A stretch of 64,000 nucleotides of DNA from Pirellulales bacterium (GTDB taxonomy: Bacteria; Planctomycetota; Planctomycetia; Pirellulales; JAICIG01), in NCBI GenBank assembly GCA_040901675.1, contig JBBDYJ010000032.1, forward strand, positions 151,807-215,806, read 5' to 3'. A program made the position numbers and the translations under genes. Positions 34,701-45,076 of the stretch are shown here, piece after piece. Positions within the stretch are counted from its first letter, which is position 1; every line of letters starts with the position of its first letter. The notes beneath the pieces are model-generated. The model worked only from the letters and a program-made list of their open reading frames with translations, was not told the DNA's origin and made no database searches.

Positions 34701-35170
34701 CGGCCGACGCTGCCGGGCTGCTGGCCGAGCTCGAAGCCCTGGGCGAGGTGCACCTGGACGTCGATGGCGAGCCGGTCACCCTCGACTCCGATGACGTGCA
34801 GGTGCGCTTGCAGGCCAAGCCAGGCTGGGCAGCCGCCCAGGGGCCGTTGGCGGTGGTCGTGCTCTCGACCGAGTTGACCGACGAGCTGATTCGCGAGGGG
34901 CTGGCCCTGGACCTGGTCCGCGCCATCCAGAACCGCCGCAAGGATATGAACTGCCAGTACACCGACCGGATCGTGGTGGCCGTGGTGACCGAGTCGGCCG
35001 AGCTGTGCTCGGCCGTCGAGCAGTTCAAGGACTACATTAGGGCTGAAACGCTGGCGGGCGAGCTGGGCAGCGAACCGCCGGCGGACGCCGAAGGGGTCGA
35101 GATGCTGCTGGCCGGCCATAAGCTGACGCTGTACGTTCGCGTGGTCGAGCGGCCGAGGAAACAGGCGTGA
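31784..35170 (+). CDS. ileS: Isoleucine-tRNA ligase, type 2
   Basis: [67 protein letters not shown]. Confidence 0.96.
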   Translation: MFRPVEANPHFPTLEIEIIQFWREAGIYEKSLDRRAGGPPFVFYEGPPTANGMPHPGHCLTRAIKDLFPRYRTMRGYRCDRKAGWDTHGLPVEVEVSKELGIHAKEEIEQYGVEPFIHRCEQSVWRYMREWERLTERIGFWIKLDEAYVTYHQSYIESVWWSLKNLFDRGLLYQGHKIVWWWAQGGTALSSGEVGQGYREVADPSVYVRFPLVDEPDTALLVWTTTPWTLPNNQFAAVHPDIEYSTVTDAEDGKKLIIASALVDSIAAKTGRQLKVEASYPGAKLVGRRYVPPFDYYYRKGGDAEGRLVAGGRQAVAWRVMAADFVSIESGTGVVHQAPAFGEVDYDLLAAEAARFVPGEGPQLICAVGPDGKFTDEAPDYAGRWVKDADKDINRELRRRGLLYHLEQYLHEYPFCWRAEEDPLIQYPRQSWFIRTTRFKDEMLANNSRINWLPEHIKEGRFGNFLESNVDWALSRERYWGTPLPIWVCEQTGHMEAVADYAELLAKPDVRGTEVWEAAKRANPGLSEHLKVHKPYIDAVTYASPKAPGKRMRRVSEVIDCWYDSGAMPFAQWGYPNAGVERFEQQFPADFISEALDQTRGWFYSQLAISTLLFGQADDAGIVEAKEYPHPFRNCVVLGLMLAEDGQKISKQKRNYREPAEIFDRYGADALRWYFFANQPPWTSIRYREQAIKDSIPEFLLRLWNVYSFFVIYANIDGFDPLGSLPGPLGELDAEVLRAGQGYRPVAERGELDRWITSELHRTAAAVTERMDAYDNFAACARITAFVDALSNWYVRRSRERFWAGESSAGKLDAYWTLYECLLATAKLVAPFVPFLAEALWQNLAVAASAGRTSESVHLCDYPAGNPDAIDERLSERMETIRQIASLGRSARMAAKLKVRQPLSKVEVILADATHQQWLEEHAALIREELNVKQVEFAARAEQYISYTVLPDLKRLGPRLGKRLPALRQALASADAAGLLAELEALGEVHLDVDGEPVTLDSDDVQVRLQAKPGWAAAQGPLAVVVLSTELTDELIREGLALDLVRAIQNRRKDMNCQYTDRIVVAVVTESAELCSAVEQFKDYIRAETLAGELGSEPPADAEGVEMLLAGHKLTLYVRVVERPRKQA

Positions 35171-35802
35171 TCCACTTTCCGCCGCGCTCGCCGCTCAAGC
35201 TGGCCGTGCTGATCTCGGGCGCGGGAACGACGCTCGAAAACCTGGTCGAGCAGATTGCCGCCGGCCGCTTGGACGCCCGCATCGAGCTGGTCGTGTCGAG
35301 CAGTGGCGAGGCCCGCGGCCGGGACCTCGCCCGGCAGGCAGGCATTCCAACCGAGGTGATCGAGCCGGAGCGTTTTTCAGACAGCGAGGCCTTTGGATCG
35401 GCCGTGTTTCGGGCCTGCCGGGCGGTTGAACCGCACGTGGTAGCCATGGCCGGGTTTGTCAAGTTCGTGCCGATCCCGGCCGATTTCGAGCTGCGGGTGT
35501 TGAACATCCATCCGGCGTTGATTCCCGCCTTCTGCGGCCGGGGTTTTTACGGTCTTCGCGTCCACGAGGCGGTGTTGGAGTACGGCGCCAAGCTGAGCGG
35601 CTGCACGGTGCACTTTGTCGACAACCAGTACGACCACGGGCCGATCATCCTGCAGCGTGCGGTGCCGGTGGCCGGCGACGACACGGCCGAGACCTTGGCC
35701 GCCCGCGTGTTCGAGGCGGAGTGCCAGGCCTATCCCGACGCCCTGCGTCTCGTCGCCTCCGGCAAGCTTCACGTAGACGGCCGCCGCGTTCTGGTAAAGT
35801 AG
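35167..35802 (+). CDS. purN: Phosphoribosylglycinamide formyltransferase
   Basis: [31 protein letters not shown]. Confidence 0.93.
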   Translation: MIHFPPRSPLKLAVLISGAGTTLENLVEQIAAGRLDARIELVVSSSGEARGRDLARQAGIPTEVIEPERFSDSEAFGSAVFRACRAVEPHVVAMAGFVKFVPIPADFELRVLNIHPALIPAFCGRGFYGLRVHEAVLEYGAKLSGCTVHFVDNQYDHGPIILQRAVPVAGDDTAETLAARVFEAECQAYPDALRLVASGKLHVDGRRVLVK

Positions 35803-35947
35803 CAGGCACACGGAGTGTGCGGTCGGCTGAGAAGGCTGAAGGGAGGAAATGATCTGGTTGCTTTCCACTGCTTTCCTGGATGACTCTTGGAGTACAATTG
35901 AGGAGATCTGCAAGGTATTCGCTTTAAATCCTGACCGGGTGGAAGAA

Positions 35948-36622
35948 ATGGTTCCCGCAGTGGTATTTGAAGAGCGGTTGCGTGTTCCGGCCGACGTATT
36001 CAACATGGACCGGTTTCGCGATTGGATCCACTCGGACCAATTTCCGGAGCGTGTCCGGGCGGCATACATCGCTGGCGAGATCGAGGTGGACATGAGCCCC
36101 GAAGAGTTGGAAACGCACAACAAGCTGAAAAGCCACCTCCATGGCCATTTGTGGCTCTATATAGAGCAGCACGATCTCGGCGACCTGCTATCCGACGGCG
36201 CCTTGCTCGTTTGCACGGAAGCCGCGTTGGCCACTGAACCGGACATGATGTTCTGCAGTTGGGATAGCCTGCGCCAGGGACGAGTCCGCTATGGCGAATA
36301 CGTCAAGGGCAGCTCGCGTCTGGTCGAAGTGGTCGGCGCTGCGGACCTGGTCGTCGAAATCGTCAGCAATAGCTCGGTGCGCAAGGACACCGTGCTCCTG
36401 CGCCAGCGCTACTTCGAGGCCGGGGTCCAGGAATACTGGTTGATCGATGCCCGGGGCGACGAAATCTCATTTGAGCTGTTGGTGCGCGGCGCGAAGCAGT
36501 ACTCGCCTGCCGACGCCGATTCCGACGGCTACCAGTTTTCGCCTGTCCTCAACGGCCGCTTCGCATTGAGCCGCGAGCGCAATCCGGTCGGCGGGTTTCG
36601 CTACCGCCTGCGGCAGCGCTGA
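35948..36622 (+). CDS. Uma2/DUF820 family PD-(D/E)XK nuclease-like protein
   Basis: MSPE...H, EPD, DLVVEIVSNSS..KD, YFEAGVQEYWLID. Confidence 0.85.
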   Translation: MVPAVVFEERLRVPADVFNMDRFRDWIHSDQFPERVRAAYIAGEIEVDMSPEELETHNKLKSHLHGHLWLYIEQHDLGDLLSDGALLVCTEAALATEPDMMFCSWDSLRQGRVRYGEYVKGSSRLVEVVGAADLVVEIVSNSSVRKDTVLLRQRYFEAGVQEYWLIDARGDEISFELLVRGAKQYSPADADSDGYQFSPVLNGRFALSRERNPVGGFRYRLRQR

Positions 36623-36623
36623 A

Positions 36624-37082
36624 GTAGCAGGCGTGTGCCCGCTACGACCATCCAGAACGGTTGCCCTTGTATGGGCAACGAGTTGGCGCCGTTCCTTGTT
36701 TCGCCCTTGCAGGGCTGACGACAGGTTCGGTTACCGCTTCCCCAGGGCGGCGCTGCGCGGCTGACGCCGCTGCGCTCTGCCCTGGGCTGATATCTTGCGG
36801 CCCCTTCGGGGCAGGCGGACCGAGCCTTAACGACGATGAACGCGTTGAAAAAGGACCCCGTGAGGCGCATTTGGTGCCGTCCGTCGAATGGCGACCTGCA
36901 CCCTCGCCACGGCATGCGGAGTATCCCTGCTACGCCACTCGCCTCCGGACGACACTGCTTCTCGCGGACGCCAGGGCGTCCGCTCCAAGCAGTGGCACGG
37001 GAAGTTGACGCCACGGCGTCCGCGAGAAGTGTGGCACCGCGCCGCGTGCCGTTCGCAACGGCATGCGGAGTATGCCTGCTAC
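36624..37082. repeat. Cluster of palindromic repeats from families C, B and a gcccttgcagggc-type element
   Basis: Family C copies at 36624-36645, 36909-36933, 37058-37082; family B at 36953-36998; three-hairpin element at 36703-36812. Confidence 0.8.
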
Positions 37083-37645
37083 TGAGGGCGATACCCGTGG
37101 CTTTCGTAAAAGCGCAGGGCGGCGGTCCATTGGGCGTGCGTTTCGAGGAAGACTTGCCGATGGCCGGCGTCCCAGCAGGCCGCCTCCAGGGCGGCCAGCA
37201 ATAACTTCCCGACCCCGCGGCGGCGCCAGAAGGGAAGCACCGCCAGCCAGTGGACTGCCGGCCGGGCATGCTCACCCGTGCCCCGCTGGGCCAGGCAAAT
37301 CGTGCCGATTGCTTCCGCCGGCTCGGCAGACGGCACACGGAGTGTGCCTGCTACTTTACGAGCAGACGGCGCACGGAGTGTGCCTGCTACTTTAGGAGGT
37401 GTGGTCGCCTCGGCGAACCAGAGCCGTTCGGGCGACCACCATGGCCTGGCCAGGAACTCGCTTTCGAAGTCGGAGGCTTCCCAACAGCGCACGCCCACTT
37501 TTTCGCGCGCAAAGGCGCGATGCCGCAGGTCGAGCCAGGTCTCGATGTCCGCCGGGCCGGCATAGTTGCGCAGACGCACACCGGGTACCGAGGGCAGCCG
37601 GGGCCGCTCGGTGAGCGTTCGGCGGAGAGATAGCACCGTAGCCAT
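37079..37645 (-). CDS. GNAT family N-acetyltransferase with in-frame repeat insertion
   Basis: WLAVLPFWRRRGVGKLLL, AALRFYESHGY; insert KVAGTLRAPSARKVAGTLRVPSA. Confidence 0.85.
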   Translation of the reverse strand: MATVLSLRRTLTERPRLPSVPGVRLRNYAGPADIETWLDLRHRAFAREKVGVRCWEASDFESEFLARPWWSPERLWFAEATTPPKVAGTLRAPSARKVAGTLRVPSAEPAEAIGTICLAQRGTGEHARPAVHWLAVLPFWRRRGVGKLLLAALEAACWDAGHRQVFLETHAQWTAALRFYESHGYRPQ

Positions 37646-37836
37646 CGGCAATGCGCTCGCAAAGTTATTTGGCCGGCGAAATGGGCCGGTGAAGCGTAAA
37701 GGTCAACCCCCGCTTCCGCTTTTAGTGTACCGGGCAGCTCAACCAGGCCCCCCGTCAATGGGCGTTTCTGCGTGCGCTCCGCCATCGGGCGGGCAGCATA
37801 TTGCTAGAATTCTCCCATAATATTTCCAGAAAGTGC

Positions 37837-37865
37837 TTGTAATCATTCAATAGGGCGATCATAAT
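37837..37865 (+). promoter_or_regulatory. sigma70-type promoter of the BMC operon
   Basis: TTGTAA-N17-CATAAT in an AT-rich patch. Confidence 0.6.
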
Positions 37866-37914
37866 CGTGACAAAACTGAACAAGGATGCGCAGAAATGCG
37901 CTAGATGGTGCCGG

Positions 37915-38688
37915 ATGTTGGCTGAAGAACGACGAAACAGATTGCTGGAACTAGTTAGAACAAAAGGGTTTGTGGCATTGCCCGACCTTGCCGGCGAGCT
38001 GCGGGTCTCCGAATCGACCGTGCGCCGCGATTTGGATCACCTGGAGGAATCCGGCAGCGCCAAGAGGACCCACGGCGGCGTCTTTTACACCGGCACCTCG
38101 CCCAAGCTGCCCCATTTCGAGGAGCGGCAGCCGGGCCAGTGGGACAAGAAACGCTTGATCGCCGCCCGGGCGGCGGAGTTGATCGAAGACGGCGACACGC
38201 TGCTGTTGGACGGCGGAACGACAACCTACGAGGTGGCCCGGCTGTTGGTCGGCCGGCCGCTGCAGATCGTGACCAACTCGCTGCCGGTCGCCAACCTGTT
38301 TGCCTCCAGCGCGAACACCGACCTGGTGCTGGTGGGCGGCTACGTGTATCCGCGGACGGGCGTGTCGCTGGGGCCTTACGCGAACGAAATGCTCTCGGCT
38401 CTCAACGTGCGACGAACGGTTCTGAGCGTCGCCGGAGTGAACGACCGGGGGTTCTTCAACTCGAACCTGCTCTTGGTCGAGACCGAGCAGGCCATGATGA
38501 AGGCCGCCGACGAGGTGATCGTCGTGGCCGACAGCAGCAAGTTCGGCCGCCAGAGCCTGGCCCTGCTCTGCCCGCTGGAAGCGATCGACAACCTGGTGGT
38601 GGACCACGGCATCAGCCAGGAGTGGCAGAGCAAGATCAACGCTGCCGGCGTGAACCTCGTGATTGCCGGCGGCGCCGACAACGGTTGA
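37915..38688 (+). CDS. DeoR/GlpR family regulator of the BMC locus
   Basis: [10 protein letters not shown]...RTHGG; LDGGTT; IVTNSL; ADSSKFG. Confidence 0.93.
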   Translation: MLAEERRNRLLELVRTKGFVALPDLAGELRVSESTVRRDLDHLEESGSAKRTHGGVFYTGTSPKLPHFEERQPGQWDKKRLIAARAAELIEDGDTLLLDGGTTTYEVARLLVGRPLQIVTNSLPVANLFASSANTDLVLVGGYVYPRTGVSLGPYANEMLSALNVRRTVLSVAGVNDRGFFNSNLLLVETEQAMMKAADEVIVVADSSKFGRQSLALLCPLEAIDNLVVDHGISQEWQSKINAAGVNLVIAGGADNG

Positions 38689-38719
38689 GCAACGGGAGAT
38701 GCAACATGAGGATTGGGCG

Positions 38720-39385
38720 ATGAGCATGGCCGGCACGCTGGACCGTTCGGCGATCGAGCGCATCGTCCGCGAGATCGTGCTGGCGCGCGCGGCCCCGCCC
38801 GACGGCGCGGAGCCGAAGCTGGTGGTGAGCATCTCTGCCCGGCATCTGCACCTGACCGACGAGCACGTCGAGACGCTGTTTGGTCCGGGCAGAAGGCTGA
38901 CGCCGATGAAGGACCTCTACCAGGATGGCTTCTATGCCGCCGAGGAAACGGTGGCGGTGGTCGGCCCGCGGCGGCGGATGCTCCCCTCGGTGCGCGTGCT
39001 GGGTCCGACCAGGCCTCACAGCCAGGTCGAGCTGGCCTTTACCGACGGCATTTCCCTGGGCATCGACCTGCCGGTCCGCCCCAGCGGCAAGATCGAAGGC
39101 ACGCCCGGCTGTGTGCTGGTGGGCCCGGCCGGCGTCGTGGAGTTGAAGCAAGGCGTGATCCGCGCCGAACGGCACGTCCACATGAACCAGGAACATGCGG
39201 CCTGGTACGGCGTGAAAAATGGAGACCGTATGAGCCTGCGGATCGACTCGTCGTGCGCCGTCGTCTTCCGCGACTTGCTGGTGCGGGCCGACGCCACCAG
39301 CAAGCTGGAGGTTCACCTGGACACTGACGAAGGCAACGCGGCGGACCTGGATCACGCTTGGAAAGTCGAACTTTTGAAGCAATAA
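38720..39385 (+). CDS. pduL: PduL-type phosphotransacylase
   Basis: [34 protein letters not shown]-terminal encapsulation-peptide-like helix. Confidence 0.92.
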   Translation: MSMAGTLDRSAIERIVREIVLARAAPPDGAEPKLVVSISARHLHLTDEHVETLFGPGRRLTPMKDLYQDGFYAAEETVAVVGPRRRMLPSVRVLGPTRPHSQVELAFTDGISLGIDLPVRPSGKIEGTPGCVLVGPAGVVELKQGVIRAERHVHMNQEHAAWYGVKNGDRMSLRIDSSCAVVFRDLLVRADATSKLEVHLDTDEGNAADLDHAWKVELLKQ

Positions 39386-39445
39386 CGCCGAGGCGACCCT
39401 CGACGAAGAGTTGTTCCCGTTATCCGTTTTCCGGAGAAGAAATTC

Positions 39446-39748
39446 ATGGCAAAAGCAATGGAAGCGCTGGGCATGATCGAGACTAAGGGCTTCGTGGCCC
39501 TGGTCGAGGCCAGCGACGCAATGATGAAGGCCGCCAACGTCGAGTTCCTCGGCTGGGACAAAGTGGGCAGCGGCCTGGTGACGGCGTTTGTCACCGGCGA
39601 CGTGGCGGCGGTGAAGGCGGCGACCGACGCGGGCGCGGCGGCCGCGGGCCGGATTGGTGAGGTGCTCAGCGTGCAGGTCATCCCCCGGCCGCACGACGAC
39701 CTAGGCGTCGTTCTGCCGGCGATGCCCAAGGCAGCGGCAGGCAAGTGA
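39446..39748 (+). CDS. BMC-H shell hexamer
   Basis: ALGMIETKG...[11 protein letters not shown]...GDVAAVKAA...VIPRPH. Confidence 0.96.
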   Translation: MAKAMEALGMIETKGFVALVEASDAMMKAANVEFLGWDKVGSGLVTAFVTGDVAAVKAATDAGAAAAGRIGEVLSVQVIPRPHDDLGVVLPAMPKAAAGK

Positions 39749-39794
39749 TTTTCCGCGGTTAAGATCGAACCATTTTTGAAGGGACCCGATTGCA

Positions 39795-40070
39795 ATGAAC
39801 AGCAGTGACGCCATTGGACTATTGGAAACCAAAGGCCTGGTGGCCCTGGTCGAAGCGACCGATGCGATGGCCAAGGCGGCCAACGTGCAGATTGTGAAGA
39901 AGATCGCCATCGGCGGCGGCCTAGTGACCACCGTGGTACGGGGCGACGTGGGCAGCGTGCGGGCGGCGGTTGAAGCAGGCGCCAGCGCCGCCACGCAAGT
40001 GGGCGAGCTGACCGCCAGCCACGTGATTCCGCGGCCGGCGGAGGGACTGGTCAAGGCGTACCTTTCGTAG
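39795..40070 (+). CDS. BMC-H shell hexamer
   Basis: AIGLLETKG...DAMAKAANV...[10 protein letters not shown]...HVIPRP. Confidence 0.96.
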   Translation: MNSSDAIGLLETKGLVALVEATDAMAKAANVQIVKKIAIGGGLVTTVVRGDVGSVRAAVEAGASAATQVGELTASHVIPRPAEGLVKAYLS

Positions 40071-40105
40071 AGGGCCGTCAGGCTTTGGATGAGGGAAGGG
40101 ACCTC

Positions 40106-41287
40106 ATGAAGATCCTGGTGGCCAACCTGGGCTCGACCAGCTTCAAGTTCCGTTTGTTCGACATGACCGGCGAGCGGCAGGTGGCGCGCGGCGGCACCGA
40201 GCGGATCGGTTCGGCCGAAAGCCGCAGCTTCGTCGAGATCGGCGGGCGGCGGATGGAAGCGGCCGGAGCCGTGCCGGACCATGCCGTGGCGGTTCGGCGC
40301 TGCCTGGAGCAGCTCACCGACCCGGAAGGCGGCTGCCTGGGCCACGCATCGGAAGTGGCCGCTATCGGATTCAAGGCGGTACACGGCGGGCGGTACAGCG
40401 GAGTCCAGCGGGTGACCGCCGAGGTGCTTGCGGCCATGGAGGAAATGAACGACGTGGCGCCGGCGCACAATCCGCCCTACATCCGGGCCATGCGGCTATT
40501 GAGCGAGAAGCTGCCGGACCTACCGCTGGTGGCGGCCTTCGAGACCGATTTTCACCAATCCATGCCTGACCGCCACCGTTACTACGCCGTGCCCTACGAG
40601 TGGGCCAGCGAGCACCAGGTGCAACGCTGGGGTTTCCATGGAGCGAGCCACCGTTACATCGCCGGCCGGACGGCCGAGCTGCTGGGGCGGCAGGACCTGC
40701 GGATCATCTCCTGCCACCTGGGCGGCTCCAGTTCGCTGTGCGCGATCCGGGCGGGGAAAAGCGTGGCCACCAGCCTGGGCATGAGCCCGCAATCGGGACT
40801 GCCCCACAACAACCGCGCCGGCGATTTCGATCCGTTCGCCTTGCCGGTCATCATGCGCGGCACCGGCAAGTCGCTCGAGGAAGTGCTTAAGGATCTGGAC
40901 TCGAAGAGCGGCCTGTTGGGCTTGAGCGGCCTTTCCGGCGACGTGCGCGATCTGGAGCAGGCGGCCGCGCAGGGCCACAAGCGGGCGGAGTTGGCGCTGG
41001 AGGTGTTCATCGGCGCCATTCGGCACTACCTGGGCGCTTACCTGGTGGAGTTGGCCGGCGCCGACGTGGTCGTGTTTACGGGCGGAATCGGCGAAAACTC
41101 GGCGCAGGTCCGCAGCCGGGTCTGCCGGGATCTCCAGTTCGCCGGCATCGAGCTGGCCGAGCCGGCCAACGCACAAGCCAGCGGCGAGTGCTCGATCGGC
41201 AGCGCGAGCACGCAAGTGTGGGTCGTGCCGACCAACGAAGAGCTCGTGGTGGCCCGGCAAGCCAGACAACTATTGGAAGCAGGCTGA
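40106..41287 (+). CDS. ackA: Acetate/propionate family kinase
   Basis: [45 protein letters not shown]. Confidence 0.92.
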   Translation: MKILVANLGSTSFKFRLFDMTGERQVARGGTERIGSAESRSFVEIGGRRMEAAGAVPDHAVAVRRCLEQLTDPEGGCLGHASEVAAIGFKAVHGGRYSGVQRVTAEVLAAMEEMNDVAPAHNPPYIRAMRLLSEKLPDLPLVAAFETDFHQSMPDRHRYYAVPYEWASEHQVQRWGFHGASHRYIAGRTAELLGRQDLRIISCHLGGSSSLCAIRAGKSVATSLGMSPQSGLPHNNRAGDFDPFALPVIMRGTGKSLEEVLKDLDSKSGLLGLSGLSGDVRDLEQAAAQGHKRAELALEVFIGAIRHYLGAYLVELAGADVVVFTGGIGENSAQVRSRVCRDLQFAGIELAEPANAQASGECSIGSASTQVWVVPTNEELVVARQARQLLEAG

Positions 41288-41289
41288 AA

Positions 41290-41613
41290 ATGTTCGTCGC
41301 CAAGGTAACCGGCAGCGTGGTGGCCACCCAGAAGGTGTCGTCGATGGTGGGGCACAAGCTGCTCGTCGTCGAGCCGTACCGGGTCGATCCCCAGGACCGC
41401 ACTCACCTGGTGAGCACGGGCCGCACGTTCGTGGCGGTCGACACCGTCGGCGCCGGCCACGGGGAGTACGTGCTGATCGTGCAAGGCTCCAGCGCCCGCC
41501 AGACCCCCGAAACCAAGAACCTGCCCGTCGACGCGGTCATCGTGGGCATCGTCGATACGGTGCACGTGGATCAGCACTGCGTATTCAACAGCCAGAACGC
41601 CCAGCACGAGTAA
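41290..41613 (+). CDS. BMC-P pentamer (EutN/CcmL)
   Basis: AKVTGSVVATQK, VAVDTVGAG, QGSSAR, PVDAVIVGIVD. Confidence 0.93.
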   Translation: MFVAKVTGSVVATQKVSSMVGHKLLVVEPYRVDPQDRTHLVSTGRTFVAVDTVGAGHGEYVLIVQGSSARQTPETKNLPVDAVIVGIVDTVHVDQHCVFNSQNAQHE

Positions 41614-41654
41614 TTCTTTAGATAGTCAACCGGTCCAGCGGAGTTTCCATCGCC

Positions 41655-43088
41655 ATGCAAGCCACCGAAACCCTGATTCGCACTGTGGTCCAGGAAGTAC
41701 TGGCCCGAATGGGGAATGTGCCGCCGGCGCATAACGGCCGGGGCTACCAGGGGCGGCACGGCATCTTCACCAGCGTCGACGAGGCGGTCGCGGCCGCCAG
41801 CGAGGCCTTCGAGCGGCTTTCGGAGATGTCGATCGCTGACCGCAAGCGGATGATCGACCACATCCGCCGGATCTCGATCGACCAGTGCGTCGAGCTAGGC
41901 ACGATGGAGATGGAAGAGACCAAGATCGGCCGGCTGGAGCACAAGATCGAAAAGCTCAAGACGCTGGGCGAGCGCACGCCGGGGGTCGAGTTCCTGCGGA
42001 GCGAAGTGTTCAGCGGCGATCACGGCCTGGCGGTGATCGAGCACGCGCCGTTCGGCGTCATCGGGGCCATCACGCCGGTCACGCACTCGCTGCCGACGAT
42101 CACCGGCAACGCCGTGAGCATGATCGCCAGCGGCAACACGCTGGTCGTCAACCCGCATCCCAGCGGCAAGCGGGTGGCGGTCGAAGGAGTGCGGCGGTTC
42201 AACCAGGCGATTCAGCGTGACCTGGGCATCGACAACCTGATCTGCGTCATCGCCGAGCCGACCTTGGAGACCGCCAATGCCATCTTCAGCCATCGCGGCG
42301 TCAAGCTGATCTGCGTCACCGGCGGCCCCGCTGTGGCCCGGGCCGCGATGAACAGCGGCAAGCGCGCCATCGTGGCCGGTCCCGGCAACCCTCCGGTGGT
42401 GGTCGACGAAACGGCGGACCTCGACCGTGCCGCCCGCTCGATCATCCAGGGCGGCAGCTACGACAACAACCTGCTGTGCATCGGCGAGAAGGAAGTGTTT
42501 GTTGTGGCCGAGGTTTTCGACGCGCTGATGTCGGCCATGGAGCGGGCCGGCGCCGTGCGATTGAGCGGCCGCGAGGTGGATGCCCTCACCGCCGTCGCCA
42601 TCATCCAGGTGGGCGAAGGCGACAAGAAGCACGATGTGCCGTGCAAGGACTACCTGGGCCAGGATGCGGCCAAACTGGCGGCCGGCATCGGCAAGAAGGT
42701 GCCGGCCAAGACCGAGCTGTTGTTCGGCGAGACGGACGAGTCGAACCCGTTCGTCCCGGTCGAGCAGATGATGCCCTTCGTGCCATTTGTCCGCTGCCGC
42801 GACGTGGACGAGTGCATCGCCAAGGCGAAGCACTACGAGCACGGCTTCCGCCACACCAGCATCATCCACTCGACGAACGTACACAACATGACCCGGATGG
42901 GCCGGGCCATGGACACTACGCTGTTCGTCAAGAACGGGCCGAGCATGGCCTCGCTGGGGTTGGGAGGCGAAGGGTACCTGAGTTTTTCGATCGCCACGCC
43001 CACCGGCGAGGGCGTGACCACCCCCCTGACGTTCACCCGCGAACGGCGGTGCTCGATGATCGACGACCTGCGGATCCTTGGCAAGTGA
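41655..43088 (+). CDS. Acylating aldehyde dehydrogenase (EutE/PduP type)
   Basis: [42 protein letters not shown]-terminal encapsulation-peptide-like helix. Confidence 0.93.
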   Translation: MQATETLIRTVVQEVLARMGNVPPAHNGRGYQGRHGIFTSVDEAVAAASEAFERLSEMSIADRKRMIDHIRRISIDQCVELGTMEMEETKIGRLEHKIEKLKTLGERTPGVEFLRSEVFSGDHGLAVIEHAPFGVIGAITPVTHSLPTITGNAVSMIASGNTLVVNPHPSGKRVAVEGVRRFNQAIQRDLGIDNLICVIAEPTLETANAIFSHRGVKLICVTGGPAVARAAMNSGKRAIVAGPGNPPVVVDETADLDRAARSIIQGGSYDNNLLCIGEKEVFVVAEVFDALMSAMERAGAVRLSGREVDALTAVAIIQVGEGDKKHDVPCKDYLGQDAAKLAAGIGKKVPAKTELLFGETDESNPFVPVEQMMPFVPFVRCRDVDECIAKAKHYEHGFRHTSIIHSTNVHNMTRMGRAMDTTLFVKNGPSMASLGLGGEGYLSFSIATPTGEGVTTPLTFTRERRCSMIDDLRILGK

Positions 43089-43142
43089 ACCGACATTTGA
43101 ATCAGCGGACCCCATAGCGAACAACACCTAGCGAACAACACC

Positions 43143-43394
43143 ATGCAACTGGGACTCGTCGCCGGCACGGCCACTGCCACAGTCAAGCACCCATCGATGG
43201 ATGGGCGCAAGCTGCTGGTGGTGCAACTGCTCGCCTCGGACGGAAAGAGTCCCGACGGCGAGCCGGTGCTGGCGGTCGATCTGCTGGGCGCCGGCCGGGG
43301 CGAGACGGTGCTCCTCTCCAGCGACGGCGCGAAAGAACTGCTCAAGAACAACACGACTCCGGTCCGCTGGAGCGTGCTGGGAATTCGGGATTAA
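43143..43394 (+). CDS. BMC-P pentamer (EutN/CcmL)
   Basis: GTATATVKH, LAVDLLGAGRGETV. Confidence 0.9.
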   Translation: MQLGLVAGTATATVKHPSMDGRKLLVVQLLASDGKSPDGEPVLAVDLLGAGRGETVLLSSDGAKELLKNNTTPVRWSVLGIRD

Positions 43395-44137
43395 TGGCCA
43401 ACCGGCAAACTTTCGACCAACCGCCGATCGACGTCGAAGTGATCGTGCGCGAGGTGATGGCCAGATTGGAAACAAGCGGAGACGGCGATCAGGCCACAAC
43501 TGGAACGCAGGACGGCCGCGGAACAAAGGGCCAAAAAGCGGCGGGATCCGGCAGCAGCGGCGAACTGGCACTTACGGCCCGGGTCGTCAGCCTGGCCGAG
43601 CTCGACGGGCGGCTGGAGGGGTTGAAACGGCTGCGAGTGCCGGCGGGGGCCGTATTGACCCCGGCGGTCCGCGACTTGCTCCGGCAAGGAAATGTGGCGG
43701 TCGAATATGTCGGCGGCAGCGCTGATACGGCGAGACATACTTTAGTGCTTGGATTGGCCGAGAGTGCCTACGAGCCGGCGGCGCTGGCGCGGGCAGTCGC
43801 CCAAACGGGAACAAGCGTCGAGCAGTTGGCCCGCACGGGGCTGGCCGGAGTGGTGAGCGAAATGTGTGACCTGGTGGCCAGTGGAGGAAAGCTGGGGTTG
43901 CTGCTCTGCGGGCAGCCTGCCGCCGCGTTGTGCCTGGCCAATCGCCGCCCTGGGGTGCGGGCCGCAGTGGCAGCCGACCGGCGGGGCGTGACCGGCGCCC
44001 TGGACCAGGTCGCGGCGAACCTGCTGGTCGTTCAGCCGGCATCGCGGAGCTTTTCCGAGCTGCGGCAGATGATGATCGAGTTTGTGCGGCCGGGGCCGCG
44101 AAGTTGTCCCGAACATCTGCGATCGTGTTTGAGTTAA
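43394..44137 (+). CDS. BMC-associated protein with degenerate RpiB-like domain
   Basis: IDVEVIVREVMARL helix; LTPAVRDLL; GLLLCGQP...ANRRPGVRAA. Confidence 0.75.
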   Translation: MANRQTFDQPPIDVEVIVREVMARLETSGDGDQATTGTQDGRGTKGQKAAGSGSSGELALTARVVSLAELDGRLEGLKRLRVPAGAVLTPAVRDLLRQGNVAVEYVGGSADTARHTLVLGLAESAYEPAALARAVAQTGTSVEQLARTGLAGVVSEMCDLVASGGKLGLLLCGQPAAALCLANRRPGVRAAVAADRRGVTGALDQVAANLLVVQPASRSFSELRQMMIEFVRPGPRSCPEHLRSCLS

Positions 44138-44171
44138 CGATGGAGCTTGGCCGGACGGGCCGGCCAACGCG

Positions 44172-44735
44172 GTGAGGCTTGCTGACGAGAAATGCCTGGT
44201 GGCCAGGGAAGAAGCGCTGCGGCGAGTGGAACAGGACATTGCCGGCGGCAACCTGGGAAGGGCCCGCGACCGGCTGCACGGTCTGATTGCCTATGAGCCG
44301 AACAACCTGGCACTGCGGGCGGCCTTGGCGGCGGTGTACGCCCAATTGCAGTTCCCCGCCATGGCCGGGCGCTACTGGTACCTGGAGGAAAACAAGACTG
44401 AAGCCATGGAGGCAGCCTGTGCCGAGTTCGAACGCTCGTGCGGCAACGACCCGCTGCGGATGCTGTTGGCACTCAAGTTCAAGGGAGACATCGACCAGTT
44501 GGACGAGCCCTTCGCGCGGCAAAAGCTGCTGGCGCTGCGGCAGGATTGCGAGCGGAAGTACCACTACTATCCCAACCTGGGCGGCAGCGATCAGCAGAAG
44601 GAAGACGGCAAGTATGTGCGGACGGCCGACCTGAAGGGGACCGTCTTGGGGATCGGGTGCCTCTTGACGGGGGTGGTGGTCGTTGTGGCCGGCGTGGTGA
44701 AGCTAGTCGAAATAGTGCAAGAGATGATCAACTGA
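44172..44735 (+). CDS. DUF6584-like protein with C-terminal TM helix
   Basis: LGRARDRLHGLI...PAMAGRYWYLEE...ALKFKGD; start may be GTG 44199. Confidence 0.7.
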   Translation: MRLADEKCLVAREEALRRVEQDIAGGNLGRARDRLHGLIAYEPNNLALRAALAAVYAQLQFPAMAGRYWYLEENKTEAMEAACAEFERSCGNDPLRMLLALKFKGDIDQLDEPFARQKLLALRQDCERKYHYYPNLGGSDQQKEDGKYVRTADLKGTVLGIGCLLTGVVVVVAGVVKLVEIVQEMIN

Positions 44736-44758
44736 AGACCAACGGGATGGCGGCGGTT

Positions 44759-45052
44759 ATGCGAATCGGCAAGGTCGTAGGCACGGTCACACTCAACCGC
44801 TGGCATCCCAGCCTGGGCGGCTCCTGCTACCGGCTGGCCGTGCCGCTGTCGCTGGCGGAGCTCGAAAACGACAGCCAGCCGTCCGGCGAACCGATCGTGG
44901 TCTACGACGAGCTGGGCGCCGGGCTGGGCAGCCGCATCGCCATCAGCGAGGGGGGCGAGGCGGCCCAGCCGTTTTATCCTGATTTCAAGCCGGTCGACGC
45001 CTACAACGCCGCGATCCTCGACCACGTGTCGATGACGCCGAACAAGCGATAG
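44759..45052 (+). CDS. BMC-P pentamer (EutN/CcmL)
   Basis: MRIGKVVGTVT, VYDELGAG, EGGEAA, PVDAYNAAILD. Confidence 0.9.
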   Translation: MRIGKVVGTVTLNRWHPSLGGSCYRLAVPLSLAELENDSQPSGEPIVVYDELGAGLGSRIAISEGGEAAQPFYPDFKPVDAYNAAILDHVSMTPNKR

Positions 45053-45076
45053 CGCTTTCATATGGGGAACTCCAGC

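Noticed and set aside
36624..37394. Repeated 25-bp palindromes as a CRISPR array
   Set aside because: Irregular spacing, mixed orientation, GTAG tails and no cas genes; fits REP elements
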